Shown piece after piece: positions 41,804 to 57,799 of a DNA stretch of 64,000 bases. A model generated the notes under the pieces. It saw only the letters and a program-made list of their open reading frames with translations. It had not been told where the DNA came from and searched no databases. Made by a program: the position numbers and the translations under genes. The stretch is from Eledone cirrhosa (Eukaryota). The stretch is from positions 49,166,001-49,230,000 of the forward strand of contig OZ024742.1 in NCBI GenBank assembly GCA_964016885.1, given 5' to 3'. The stretch's first letter is position 1; every line of letters starts with the position of its first letter.

Positions 41804-42122
41804 TTATATATATGGGTCTTCTGAAGTTTCTTGTGGACTTATATCAAGTAAAAAATCTTTGCTCAATAGAAGACTGTTTCCCAAGGGACTGATCCCTGCG
41901 TCGTGAACACCTAATCCACACACGCATATATAACTATATACAAATGCAAAGGCATATATACAAACAAACTGCAAATGCTGCTTGTAAGCGATCTGTTAAT
42001 CAACAAAATCAATCCACAATTACATAGTTAGACTAATCGATAGATTTCATAGTTGGAATAGATCGCTTTGATTGCGATGTAGAGAGAATACAAGCAGATC
42101 GATGATTATATGGATGTATATA

Positions 42123-42196
<74 letters not shown>

Positions 42197-42221
42197 CATA
42201 TATATGTGTATATATATATAT

Positions 42222-42315
<94 letters not shown>

Positions 42316-42326
42316 ATGTATTTATG

Positions 42327-42357
<31 letters not shown>

Positions 42358-42523
42358 AAGATGCCAGCCTTGTCACAGAATGTGTAACTCTGATTCTCTC
42401 TGAGAAGTACGTTAAGGGTGCACGTGTCTTTGGAATACTTGCACTTAGTATCACGAGCTGGTTGTTAGGATGCTGGGGCAACTCTAAATACGATTCGTAG
42501 GAACCTACCGAGGTCCAATAACA

Positions 42524-42640
<117 letters not shown>

Positions 42641-43659
42641 GTACATATGTGCGTGTGTGCTATGTCCTAAATTTATCTTTTCTAGGCTAAGCCAAACAGA
42701 ATTGCTGCGAAAGTTATCAGTCTCTCGTAATGTAGTTAGTCTGTGTTGCGTCTTTGTAGCTTTCGTACCTGTCTACACACCTTCCACCCTGCCAATCTCC
42801 CTATTTATTTACCTACCTACTGACACACGTAACTACTTAGCTAACTACTTAACTAACTATGTATCTATCTATCTATCCATCTGTGTATCTATATATTTTT
42901 GTATGTCTCACTCTCTGTCTTTTTATTTACCTGTCTTTTATAACAATGCTGGCAGTCTGCCCACTCTCAACAGTCATACCCTTCGTTATTTCATTTCACC
43001 ATTCTGACCTTCTTTTTACATGATTTGTTTTACAGATATGAACTAGTTATCATCATCATCATCATCAACACTATCATCGTCGTCGTCATCATCACCGTCA
43101 ACCTCATCATAATAATCATGATCGCTGTCGCCGCCACTATCCACCTCACCATGTTCAGCATCAACCTCACCCTCGTCGTTATCATTGTCCTCAACAACAT
43201 TAATAAATAGACCCACTTCATAACTTTTGTCGTTATTTTCATCACTGCTGTCATCACAACCACTCACACGTACACATTACACAGACTTTTCTTTCTCATC
43301 AAATTGCTGGCCTTGTGCCTAACTTATAAACCATTATTCTTATCATAACGACAGAACCACATGCTTTACAATAAATATTTAATTATGTAATTTTATGAGG
43401 AAAGAGATCTGACAAAATATTAAGAGTTCGAATCCTACCAGGCTTGATTTTAACTTTCCACCTTCCAAGATCAAGTACTTAAGATCGATTAAATCGATTG
43501 CGATTCCACCGTTCCACTAAACGAAAAAAGATAAATAGTATTTGGCTTGATGCCAATGTCAGAAATTATTATTTTATGTATAGTTTTTATCATTACTGTT
43601 TTTGTAATTAAGTTTTGGAACCAATTCTCTATATATATACGTAATAATGATTCATTTAG

Positions 43660-43852
43660 TCATAAGACCAGCAATTTGTGGGGGGAAGAAGTAGTCGATT
43701 ATAGCAATCCCAGTACTTTATAGTATTTCATGTTATCGACCTCGAAAGGATGAAAGGCTAAGTTGATCTTGGCGGGATTTAAACTCAGCAAGTAAATAGC
43801 CGGAACAAATCCTGCTGAGCCTTTTCCCTACACTCTAATGACTCTGCCAAGC
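43660..43852 (-). mobile_element. Degenerate Meta-type SINE
   Basis: TATCGACCTCGAAAGGATGAAAGGC...GGCGGGATTTAAACTCAG. Confidence 0.75.
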
Positions 43853-43989
43853 CACATTTCATACATACGTAATAAAAAAAAAATAATAATAATAATATTC
43901 ATAATAATAACCTTGGTGATGTAGGTACTAATGGTTCTTTCTAGTATTGGAACAAGGCCAGCCCTTAGGTGTAAACATCTGGAGACACA

Positions 43990-44077
<88 letters not shown>

Positions 44078-44078
44078 C

Positions 44079-44142
<64 letters not shown>

Positions 44143-44647
44143 GTGTGTGTGTGTATGTGTGTGCGTGAGAGAGAGTGAAAACATTTACATGCAGATCACA
44201 CACGCTCACCTTCACATTGATGAAGTAGAAACATATTCAGATGTATAAATAAACACATACTTGCATATACACACGCTCACATCCACAAAATTCCTTCTGA
44301 CAAAACAAGACAAAACGAAAAACTTTAGGCATGAGAACGGCTATACTTGCGATCACACGATCTGGTAGGGATTGTTGAATCTCCCTCAAATCACATCCTA
44401 TCGCTTTCAAATTAGATAAATGATTTTAGATGTAATCTATTTGAAGAAGTAAAGACAGGACGTGTACGACTGAAACACCTCTGGTCATACGTCTTCTCAA
44501 TCACATGAGAGGACAGGAAGAAGCATATGCATGTATGTGTACGATAGATCCGTATATACAGGAGACACACACACACACACAGATTATTGTGCATACAGGT
44601 ACATAATTGCACGATATATATATGACATTATATATATATATATAATG

Positions 44648-44835
44648 GGCGGTGGATTGGCAGTATCGGTAGAGGGTCGGACGCCATGCTTTCCAGCATA
44701 GTTACGTCCCTTTACGATCTGAGTTCAAATCCCGCCGAGGTTGACTTTGCCTTTCATCCTTACGGGGTCGATAAAATAAAGTACTAGTAATGCACTGGGT
44801 AATTGCTGGCCTTGTGCCAAAAGTAGAAACAATTA
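44648..44835 (+). mobile_element. Full-length tRNA-derived Meta-type SINE
   Basis: GGCGGTGGATTGGCAGTATCGG (A box)...GAGTTCAAATCC (B box)...GCCTTTCATCCTTACGGGGTCGATAAAATAAAGTAC...GGCCTTGTGCCAAAAGTAGAAACAATT. Confidence 0.9.
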
Positions 44836-44895
44836 TATATATATATGATATTGTGCATATATATATATACGATATGATATATATATATATATATA

Positions 44896-45024
44896 TAACG
44901 AAGGAATTGTGGTAAGGAACCAGATGGACCATAACGCACCAGAGTACTCAATACTTAGGGTAGTAGAGTGTCCAGAAATAGCCGTCGAAACGGCTTGAGC
45001 TCTGCCGTCGGGGTCATACTTTAT

Positions 45025-45028
<4 letters not shown>
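44896..45028 (-). mobile_element. Fold-back family copy 6
   Basis: Left arm shortened; right arm starts GTCCAGAAATAGCCGTCGAAAC. Confidence 0.8.
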
Positions 45029-45058
<30 letters not shown>

Positions 45059-45157
45059 GTTGTTTGACAATATGAATTGGGTTCAAGTGTATCTCGAGAT
45101 CCGGTAGTGGCTGATGCGACATGTTTAACACACATGTATACAAGTATGAGCGTACGT

Positions 45158-45203
<46 letters not shown>

Positions 45204-45722
45204 CTATTTATATATATATATATATATATCTATATATATATATATATATTAATAGTTTAATAAATGAACAGAGAACAAAAACAGAGAAGTAATACAAATG
45301 ATATTAGTATTAGTTTCACGCTTGAGAGTGGGGTGCCCACACACACATATATATATATATATATTTATCTTGAAGCGGTGGTTGAATTAACAGACTTTAC
45401 TAAGAGAAACGGTAGGGGGAGGAATCTAAGTGTACACAAAGACCCAGTATTCGGTAACGTGACATTTCCGACATACACACACACAAACACACATACACAC
45501 ATACACAGATATGGACACCCCAGAAAAAAATTCTCTACAATTATGGTCATTATCATCATTGTCCAAATCACAACATTCTAATCTTTATCATTACCATCAA
45601 CATCGTGTCATCTTCGTTATTATCACCTTCGTATCTCAGTCGTTGTCATCAACATCATCGTGATTAAATAACACCTTTGGTCATCATCATCATTAAAAAC
45701 AACAGTAGCTTTCACAATCTCT

Positions 45723-45768
<46 letters not shown>

Positions 45769-45882
45769 ACACACACATATCTTTTCTCCCCCTCTTTTCA
45801 CATGTTATAAATTACTTCAACTTACACACATCTCTCTCTAAATCTGTCTCTTATTATCACCACCTTCATTTCTGGTACTGCC

Positions 45883-45926
<44 letters not shown>

Positions 45927-46006
45927 CATACACACATACGCACACAAAGACACACACACACATACACACGCAAACACACACACGCACACACACACACGCA
46001 CGCACG

Positions 46007-46136
<130 letters not shown>

Positions 46137-46554
46137 ATCAACTTTCATCGCTCTCTCCTTTTCCATATATATTTTTCTAATATTTTGTCCCGTTTCTCCA
46201 TTCTCTGAATCCATTTGTCTAGACTCTCATCTTCTTTCCTCATCTTTTTCCCCTCATCTCTTTCACTCTCCATAGTTCTCCGTTTTTATCTATATTCCAT
46301 CATTCACACTCTGTCTTCCTTATGTCTCTTCCTCTCCATCTCATTTCTCCATCCCACTTCTCTATCTCTCTTTTTCTCCATCTCTCTTCTTCCCTTTTCA
46401 TTCTTGCCTATCTCCATTTCTCTGTATGAATGAGAAGGAAGGGTGAGAAAGGGTCAATTCCCGAAGATAAAGATTAACAGTTCATAGAGGGCGATTAATT
46501 GTATATCTGTGAGTACGTATATATATATATATACGTACATGTATGTGTATGTGT

Positions 46555-47092
<538 letters not shown>

Positions 47093-47530
47093 CCACCATC
47101 ACTAGCATCTATGTATATTCCTTCATTATATCTCTCATTCCCACTTTTTCTCAGTCACCATCTTTCTGTCTGTCCAATCATCCATATCTGCTATATTTTC
47201 TCTCGTCTTATCTTACTCATTCAGCGTGATTCACCAAACCCTTACTCCCAGTCCAACCGTCCGTTAGTCATGTCATTCACCCATGTCAACGGCAAACTTC
47301 ATTTTCCCATTTATCTCTCTTCTATTATCTACCCCACAAAATATACGTCTGCCTCATCTTTACTTCCATTGTCTTCCTTTTTTCCTGTCTCCCTTTCCAT
47401 TATCAATTCATCAATCTATTTAGGCTCAGAGAATGAATACACAGCAGAATACTGTGGAACCATACATCATTACAACTGTCTCAATCTGATCCACCCAACC
47501 ATACATCTGTCTATATAAGCCATCCCACCA

Positions 47531-47591
<61 letters not shown>

Positions 47592-47684
47592 TCCTTCAGT
47601 TCGAAGATGATTAATTAACTGTCCGTCTTACTTCCTTATGTGCCATTCATTCACTCATGTGTGTCTGTATAACTACGTGCGCGC

Positions 47685-47762
<78 letters not shown>

Positions 47763-47825
47763 TCACTCACTCACTCACTCACTCACTCACTCACTCACTC
47801 ACTCACTCTCACTCACTCACTCTCA

Positions 47826-47869
<44 letters not shown>

Positions 47870-48938
47870 GATGTATGTATGCATGCGGAACAAAATCCAC
47901 AGCGTTATCTATTTTTCCGGCCCCTCGAACATGTGATGTAATTTCAATTCTTGTTTGAAACTTTTTCTCGTTATTTACGCCTCAAATGTCCCATATTAGA
48001 AAATTGAATGTCACAACTTCCCATTTTACCGTTTATGAGAAATTTAGGAGAGGACCTGAAGTCATCGTTATTGAGAAATAATCGATATAGTTATTGTATC
48101 GTAGGTGTCGTAAAAACTATAAAAAACGTAAAAAATGAAAACAGTGGATGATTGGTTGAGAGAGAGAGCGAGAGAGAGAGGGGGGGAGGAGAAAGTGAGA
48201 AGGGTAGACTGAATAATGCCACAAGCCATTCTATTTGTATCCATACGGACACTATCCAATTAAAAAAAGAGGATATGTTGTACGCTGTATTTCTCAACAT
48301 GAAAAAAGATTGAACGGCCACGTCTGGAACGTCTTTGATCATAGGTCTGTTCACTGTACATACAGATTTGACATGGTGCAAAATTATAACCATAAACAGT
48401 AATGGGTACATATTTTATCGATCTCGGATATATGAAAGGGTGGAAATGTTAGATAAGAACATGTAATATACTGTGATGGTAAATATTACAATTCTAGCGA
48501 ATCCATTAAACAGCACTACAAGCAGCAACAACAACAACAACAACTTTCAAAGTGATCAATGATTAATAGGTATCACGCACTTACATCGAGAAACCCTTTC
48601 ATGTTAAGGTGTTCCCCTGCTAAACATTTCCATTCCAGAAGAAAGACAAAAAAAAAAGAAACGAAGAAAATAAGCAGTTGAAAAGAGAAACGATAATATA
48701 CATAGGAAAAAAACAAAAAAAAAACGAAAGCGAACCCAGTTTACGTGACAGAGGAATAGCTCTGTAAAGGTGTGGAATAGATTTCCAGTGTCAGCTTTAC
48801 CTAGTTATTAACAATGCCAGTTTTACCTAACGACAAAATACGGTTTTCCGCCACTTCTATTATATCATACACTCGTGTATAAAAGAAACTTTCTAAAAAA
48901 GTGATCACAGATATTACATGAGAATATAGGTATGAATA

Positions 48939-49032
<94 letters not shown>

Positions 49033-49044
49033 CCATATATATAT

Positions 49045-49146
49045 ATTGTTTCTACTTTTGGCACAAGGCCAGCAAATTACCAGTACATTACTGGTACTTT
49101 ATTTTATCGACCCCGTAAGGATGAAAGGCAAAGTTAACCTTGGCAC
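49045..49146 (-). mobile_element. 5'-truncated Meta-type SINE
   Basis: Family 3' half. Confidence 0.85.
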
Positions 49147-49147
49147 A

Positions 49148-49213
<66 letters not shown>

Positions 49214-49597
49214 TATACATATGAATATATATACATATGTATATATGTATATATATATATATGTTTATATGTATATATATGTATATATATGAATATATAT
49301 GTATATAGGAACGTATATACATGTGTGTGTGTGTGTGTGCGTGTAAAAGGTAAACAAAAATAACAAAACAAACAGCACAGTACATGGAAGAAATATATTA
49401 ATTTCACGCTTGAAATAGTAGGAAGAGTGTCTTAACGTTTTGGGCACTAGCTCTTTATCTGAAGATAGAGTTAGAAGTAGAAAATAAATAGAAAATAAGG
49501 AGTGATAAGAGGATGGCACGGGGAAATGAGAAAAAAAAAACATTTATGAGAGAAAACAAAAGAAAAATGTGCGTATTTCGTCGGCCATCATATATAC

Positions 49598-49649
<52 letters not shown>

Positions 49650-49652
<3 letters not shown>

Positions 49653-49846
49653 AGGAAATGTGGTAAAGAACCAGGTGGACCATAACGCACCAAAGTACTC
49701 AATACTTAGGGTAGTAGAGTGGGTAATAGGAACGAGTAGGACCCCGACGGCTGAGCTCAAGCCGTTTCGACGGCTAATTCTGGACTAAAATGTCCAGAAT
49801 TAGCCGTCGAAACGGCTTGAGCTCGGCATTCGGGGTCCTACTCGTT

Positions 49847-49850
<4 letters not shown>
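49650..49850 (-). mobile_element. Fold-back family copy 7
   Basis: Centre CGACGGCTAATTCTGGAC-TAAAAT-GTCCAGAATTAGCCGTCG. Confidence 0.85.
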
Positions 49851-49889
<39 letters not shown>

Positions 49890-51159
49890 CGCTTCGTAAA
49901 GGTTAAACGCATAGATTTGGTTCTACGTGAACTGAAATGTTTTGCTGAAGAAAACAACATGACAGTCTAAAATTTGAATCTGCAACAACACCTTCCCAAG
50001 TTTATCCAACACAGTAACTATATGACTGACGTCACATCACGTTTCCTGCATCCAAACCATCAACTTGCAACTGATCGAAATGTACGCTATCCGTCCAATT
50101 ACACCAATATCAGGGGACTAGCAATAGCCAGGATTTCAGCCTCTGCCTCCCAAAATTACAAAATATTATTTTTTAAATGCAGATCCGTTGTGTTTTGGCA
50201 GAGATTATGGAAAAGTTTACATTCATATAAACTCAAGCAATGGCAGAATGGAGTAAGGGGGGTTGGCACGAGGTAGCTGCTCTCGTTTACGAGTATTTGT
50301 ACATATTTCAATGCCAGAGGTTGCTGCCAATTTTCCAGATAATAACCACAGCGTATTTCTCTCTGCTCCAAAGGTTTTAATTCATCTCGGGAGTTCAGTT
50401 GGTACATAGAAACAATGTTGCTGTTTCTTAGCACTAAATCAGCCTTGATAGAGCCAGGCTAAAACAAAATGTTTTCCAGCCGTGAATATCTCGTCGATTA
50501 CTATGCATTTCTGGTTTTATGTACGTCGGTGCTGTTTTAAAAAAACCGAGAATTCTTTCAAAGGATTTAATCTGTTATTTCTAGAAGATCGAGCAATTAT
50601 GTAAAAACCCGCACCATTTGTAAGCTGTGGGCTGTGGATTTCAGATTGCTACTATTTCATATACAGGAGTTGAGGTAACTGAGAACAAGGGTCCCAAAAT
50701 CAATGGACCTCTTCGATGCCCCTCAACCTGTTGGAAATTGCTGCCAAATTCCTTCAAATACACTACAAATTCATATGGGTAATGTACACCCTGGTATATA
50801 CAAAAAGAGATAGTCACAACTTGAACACCTCTGATCATAAGTCTACTCAACCAATACGTGGCTATCCAACAACAAATCAGACGAAGGAGAACCAAAATCC
50901 ACCATAAAACTAAAATATTGTCCCAATGGACTAAATGTTCTCAGAATCAACACACACAAGAACACGTATGAATACATTGACACTGACGTTAAGTATCAAT
51001 TGTAATATTGTATGTAAGTGTGTACTTGCATGTGTGCATCTTGAGGGTAAAAAGAGACAGAAATGGTGAAGAGAGAGAGGGGTGGGGGGAGAAATAGGCC
51101 GACAGTAAGTAAACAGACAGACATTGACAAAAAGTTAAATATATTTAATATCGATTCCA

Positions 51160-51366
51160 CGTTTGGTACAAGGCCAGCAATTTGAAGGAAAGAGAAAGTC
51201 GATTAAATTGACCGCAGTGTGTCACTGGTTCTTTACGTTACCGAGCCCAGGAGGACGAAAAATTAAGCAGATCATGTCGAAATTTCAACTCAGAACGTAG
51301 AAAGTCGTAACTAACTACCGCAAATCATATTGTCCAACACCCTACCAATATTACCAATCCACCGCT
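51160..51366 (-). mobile_element. Degenerate Meta-type SINE
   Basis: ACAAGGCCAGCAATTT...AACTCAGAACGTA...CCAATCCACCGC. Confidence 0.7.
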
Positions 51367-51638
51367 CTAAATATATTTAAATTAAAAGGCATTCGACTAC
51401 GTTGAAATATAGGCGTTAGAGTAAAATGATAGAGAACACGATCAAATTATTGTATGCTTTCAAACAAAATACGCGTGTAATATGTGATACGTTATACCTT
51501 ATATCGTGTTCTCTATGCACCTCATTACACCATAGCTAGCTAAATAATATCCACTTGTATAAAAACTGCTTCATAAAGTGTTACATTTTCTAAACGTCTT
51601 CTTAGGAAGTAATTAGAGACAAAAGCACATATTCTCTC

Positions 51639-51717
<79 letters not shown>

Positions 51718-52548
51718 CCTGCTTTGGTCTACAGTTACTTGTAAAGAAAAAATACCAACTTCGGGCAACTACATCTGTGTATATGTATGTAAACTCAAAC
51801 GCACACATGAACGTGTTCTATAGAAGGCACGAATGTGCTCGACTTCAATTTTATATCATAATTCATTTTCTTTTCTGAGTCCTGTATGTTAATATTGGTG
51901 CAATATAGTTCCTATATCCAGTAGAACTGTTTCAATACCTATTCGGCTAAATTACGTAGTGGTAGCTGCAGGTTGTGTTATTTTGGGAGATAACAGCCAT
52001 GCACTATGATGACAATTATAAAAGTATCCAACTGGATTTGAAATTATTTAGCAGTTAACTCCATGTTAAACCCACGGATTATTTTACGTGTAAATGGTAA
52101 ATATTTAGTTTGGTTTTTCAATTGATAAAACTTCTATCGCTAATCTACACTTTTATATTTTCATTTTCTACAAAAACATCTATATAGGATACTAATAGGA
52201 TACTAATGTTATACCATCTAGTTATCATCCCTGTAGCACACACACACACATACAAATATATATATAAGGAGCATATAAGATAAAATCTTCAGAAAAAACA
52301 CAGACAGTCAACTCTTTGAAATTCGTATAATTTCCTTGCATTAAAGTTGATACTGTTGATTCCAGTTCACACAGGCCAGCAAGTCGACACATTGTTTCTC
52401 GACGAATTACACAAATAAAGACAAAAAATATGTGTGCTTCAAATGAAAACTTAGTGATAAGAATACGATGCACTCAACAAAGAAGAGAAATATGTATATA
52501 TATATATATACATTTCTTTCTTTCGTATATTTTATATATATATATATA

Positions 52549-52649
<101 letters not shown>

Positions 52650-53096
52650 TATATATACACATATATATATATAAGGGGGATGACGATAATGATAATATCA
52701 CAAGCAAACATTGATTGCACTTATACAAGATTGTTACACCATGATATATCTGGTTGCGAAATGAATTTCCTTGTGTGAAAACAATATATATGTCTGTGTG
52801 TGATAGTTATTCTATAGTTATTCTTAATTTAGCTGTTTTAACAAAGACATTTATTACAATCTTCAATTATATAGTAAGGCTACACATACTTTCGTTTTGA
52901 GATAAATAGAAATGCTATTTCATTATATTATTCTCTCGTACCATACTAATATAATTTTCATATCATATTTCTTCTATATTATCCTTCGATTTTCATATAT
53001 ATCATCATTATCATCACCATCATCACCGTTTTACGTCAGTTTTTTCCATGCTTGCATGCGGTAGACCAACCACATAAACGCACACATACTCGCACG

Positions 53097-53173
<77 letters not shown>

Positions 53174-53181
53174 ATATACTC

Positions 53182-53267
<86 letters not shown>

Positions 53268-54405
53268 ATATATATATATATATCAATACATGTGTGTGGT
53301 CTGTTTGTTGGTAAATACAAGTTGTCTGTTACAAGAAATTTGAATCAGGTGGAAAATAAATAACATGGCTATAGTTGCAGGGAAATACATTTACTGTGGT
53401 TCGAACCTTTAATGGATAGTCGGTCAACTGACTGAGCTTCACTCAACCCATTTCACGAAGGTCAAATATCTTCAAAATCTTCATATGGAATATTAGACTA
53501 AATATATAAGGATGCTAATATTAGAGTTGTTAATGCGTAGTTTAATTTAGGAAACCTCTTCATAGGAAATCAATACGATAAAGACAAGAAATCGTTTTCA
53601 GTAATCACTAGAAGAAAATCTAATTAAAATAGAATGGTAATAACTTATTGCATCTTGAATGGTGTTGAGAGACCAGTCTGTTTGTATTTAAATATAATTC
53701 TATGATAATGGGCAATATTTGTGCCTTATTTGCACGGTATAAGTGCAAGCATAATTGTGGGGTTAATCAGTTCGCTTAGTAAATACTAGCTTTGGCAATT
53801 GGTACAAAACTTACGCGGTCGTCGGCTAACAAAATGGACGTACACAATTTCAACACTAACAGTCGGTACAGCTGGTCCATTTGGTCGTCACATGACTAAC
53901 AAAGTAGTAAAACGATGTCTTGGAATATTTTTACAAGACGAAAATACAACAAATCTTACGTGAAATTACATGGTGAGGACAAAATATGTAAAGCATTTAA
54001 TAAAATAGGACATTTAAATTAAAAAATATGTGACGAAAAGTTACATTTGACATATGAACATAGAAACAGACACAGTAAGTGAATTGCCGTGAAGAAAAAG
54101 GTGAAATGGTAGCATATAGCTACAACTGGATTATGTGAAAACCACCAAAATGAAAGAACAAGACAATTTTCATGAGATTCAAGCGGACACTTAGTATTTA
54201 ACTAGTACATTATTCTGTCATCCTGAAAGGATGAACGAAAAACGTTGGTATCTAAAATCCAAACACAAATAGGGTTATTAATGCAATTTCTTGCAAACTA
54301 TTATGATGAGTTGGTCACCACTGGAATGACCTTGACCAGAAGTTTTCAAGAAATGAAGTCTCAACAGGATTATATAACCAGCTAGAATAAGTAGCCAAAT
54401 ATACC

Positions 54406-54506
54406 TCAATTGGCACCTCGATATGAAGGAAAACCATTTGGAGTAACGTAGTCCGAGATAGACAATACTGGATCGAAATACAACCGTACTTGACTATCCA
54501 CAAATA
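54406..54506 (-). CDS. Candidate terminal coding exon of an unknown gene
   Basis: Acceptor TCTATCTCCACAG; phase-1 frame (V)FVDSQVRLYFDPVLSISDYVTPNGFPSYRGAN* is compatible with the 60876 donor. No homology recognised. Confidence 0.35.
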
Positions 54507-54884
54507 CTGTGGAGATAGATTATATCACGTCTATAAAGCATGCTGTCAGTTAAAGTTATCATGTTACTGCATCTCCTATTATATATAATTATGTATTTAG
54601 TTAATGATTACTTTCAGAAAGAAGTAATTAGCCGCTAATTACTGTAATGCTATCGTTTTCAAATACATGCATATGCATAACGTATGAAAGTTTATATGTA
54701 TGTGTGTGTATATATATATATATATATGTATGTGTGTGAATGTGTGTTGCTTTGCTTTTACCGAGCAGAGGAAAAGTACTGGATACCATAGTAGGTAGAT
54801 TATAAAAGTTTAATCTGTTTGGTAAACCGACTGGGCGCGCCGGAACTCCAGACGAACTTAAATATATCAGACGAAATATATATG

Positions 54885-54968
<84 letters not shown>

Positions 54969-55011
54969 TATATATATATATATATATAGTATATATATAT
55001 ATATATATATA

Positions 55012-55047
<36 letters not shown>

Positions 55048-55069
55048 TATATATATATATATATATATA

Positions 55070-55178
<109 letters not shown>

Positions 55179-55193
55179 TATATATATATATAG

Positions 55194-55224
<31 letters not shown>

Positions 55225-55319
55225 AGAGTCAACTGCCATCTACAAGTGTGTAAATATGTATATACACATCTACATATGTATATGTGTATATACATGGGTG
55301 CTTGTGTATGTATATGCGC

Positions 55320-55670
55320 GGGGACATAGAAAAACCCGGGCTGGACGCCCGATCGCGCAGTTAAACCACTGGGAGTGAAGGACCCCTAGCCTTTGTCAGG
55401 ACATTCTTCTAGGAGAAGGCAACTCAGGAAACTGGGATAACTCCGATATAAAACCTGTGACTCAGTAGTAACCAAAGATGTTGATCTTTTCTTCTTTTCT
55501 GGTCATAGCTACTGTCGCTCAGAGAGTGGGATTGGCTCATTGCACAGTCTTTCCTCACTTTAAAGAATATCTTCACGCACAGGCATTGCACGATATAATT
55601 AATTAATAATTATCAATAATGGTATATCGTGCAATGGCCATACTCAATAACGAGGGGGCAGCCATCATAT
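55320..55670 (+). mobile_element. Divergent relative of the 435/36499 element, (TA)n-tailed
   Basis: GACCCCTAGCCTTTGTCA..TTCTAGGAGAAGG..GATGTTGA..TTCTTCTTTT..GAGAGTGGGA.TGGCT..CACAGGCATTGC..GGCAGCCATCA(TA)n. Confidence 0.75.
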
Positions 55671-55681
55671 ATATATATATG

Positions 55682-55786
<105 letters not shown>

Positions 55787-55946
55787 TTATAATATATATT
55801 ATATATAAATATATATAATTTTTTCCATTTATCGTTTTCGGTGCGCCCGATTAACTCACTCGATATGCAAATTAGGCTGCTCAGCCGTTAATATGCATAA
55901 CTAAAGTATATACTTTCAGACGTTCAATCATGTGGCAGGAAGGTAT

Positions 55947-55989
55947 ACGGTGCTGACGATAGCTAATAAGCTTGAAACTAGTACATCGT
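55947..55989 (+). ncRNA. Minimal type I HHR
   Basis: ACGGTG-CTGACGA-T-AGCT-AATA-AGCT-T-GAAA-CTAG-TA-CATCGT; stem I extends via AAGG/CCTT and TGGCA/TGTCA. Confidence 0.85.
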
Positions 55990-56248
55990 TCCTTTGTCAG
56001 TGTTGAACAAAAGGGCAACGATGGTTGCTAAACACTGTACGGCTTAATTTGGGATGTTTGTTTACAAACAAACCGAGCATTATAATAAATGTTCGGTAAA
56101 TCCATACGTACATATATATATGTGTGCATGTATCTATATATATACATACAACTGTACGTCTGTATACATATATGTATGTACGTATACATACTTATATTTA
56201 AGTAACAGCCATACTAAGAGTGAGAAATGAAATTTCGTTTCATTTTTT

Positions 56249-56310
<62 letters not shown>

Positions 56311-56920
56311 CTGTTAAACGAATGTAGGATTGGGTTATTTAAAAATATAAGTTATAACGTTGATGTTTAGAAACGTATTTTGAATTGCGTATAGGTGAGA
56401 AATGAGAAAAGATAAAGATACACGGAGAGGTTGGAGAGAAGAAGAAACATTTTATGATAATTAAATTTTATATATTCAAATAAAGTTCAGATATAAAAAA
56501 ATAAGCTTAAAAAGAATTTATTGTATCAAATAAACCCCCCCAAAAAATGGTTTGTCACCCGTTCCTGAAAAAGTGTGTGTGTCGGGGGGGGGGGGGGGGG
56601 GGGCTTGTCCCCCGGTACCCCGCTGAAACGAGATCCTTGGACCCGGGGCTATGGTAAATGAGACAGGCCCAACATGCCAGGGATGGAAATCAAACTCGGA
56701 TACTTATGATAGCGAAGCACGAATTCGGTGATGTATATCATCATCTTGAGTCAACGAAGACGACGTATCTGATATTGTAAAAGACAATACTATATTTGAC
56801 AGCGAGATGTTACTATATCTGATAATGCGAAACGGTAGACGATTCACACACATTTTTATATATATATTCTCTTTCCTTTTTTTTAGTCGCCTATTGTTGA
56901 CGTATTTATTTCTCACTACA

Positions 56921-56983
<63 letters not shown>

Positions 56984-57799
56984 TATATATATATATAAAA
57001 TTTGACATCATTGTGATATAAAGTTTGAATGAGAACTAAAGACATAAATATAATTCTGAGAAGGCATCAAACCTTTCTGATGCAAATATATCAAATTTGA
57101 TGCTGTTTAGTCCTCAAATTCGATACGTTAATAGTTCTTGATTTATTATCTTACAGACATAAACTCTGCTAGAAAAAGATATTAAATATTACGTATTTAA
57201 GAGACTTTATACATACTAAATTTTAAACTGAATGCACAGGATATTTTATATTGTCTACATATCGAAAGTTATATCTTAAATACACCAAATATTATACTGT
57301 AAAGAAACCACCTTTTATTCCTGTGGATAAACTAAATTTAACAAATAAAATCACGAAATATGATACAGTAAATATCGACATTACTACAGTCATCTCATCA
57401 ATGAACATTTTAATGAAACATAAGTTCTCATAAATCGAACATAGAATTTGTTTTTGTTTTACCTTATCATTCAACGCCTACTCATAAATGTTGTCGCGGA
57501 GTCGTTTTTAATTCTTGTAATTAATGTATTTCAAAGCCACCTAATAGATTTAAATTAATGCCACCTTATTATTTCTGTACTGTTTATAATAAAACTAAAA
57601 TAAATAAGAGATTGTATTGTTATAAAGTAACATTTAAAAATATGATGTTTTTACATGTTTTCCCCTGGAAATAATTGTTATATCCACCACACCTCACAAG
57701 CTTTAATGAATATATTTTCATTAATTCATTTAATTAGTTGTTATCAGTATCTTTTACAGTTACGTTTATTTATACTATTATAGGATTCCAATTAGTGAA

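Noticed and set aside
49425-49465. Further HHR-like remnants (also ~17390-17415, 34620-34660, 41865-41905)
   Set aside because: The CUGANGA and/or GAAA core is broken or missing; not counted.
50183-50674. Possible plus-strand exons (50183-50251, 50645-50674; also 4544-4592, 60497-60578)
   Set aside because: Splice-like signals only; no consistent frame or recognisable protein, and expected by chance in AT-rich DNA.
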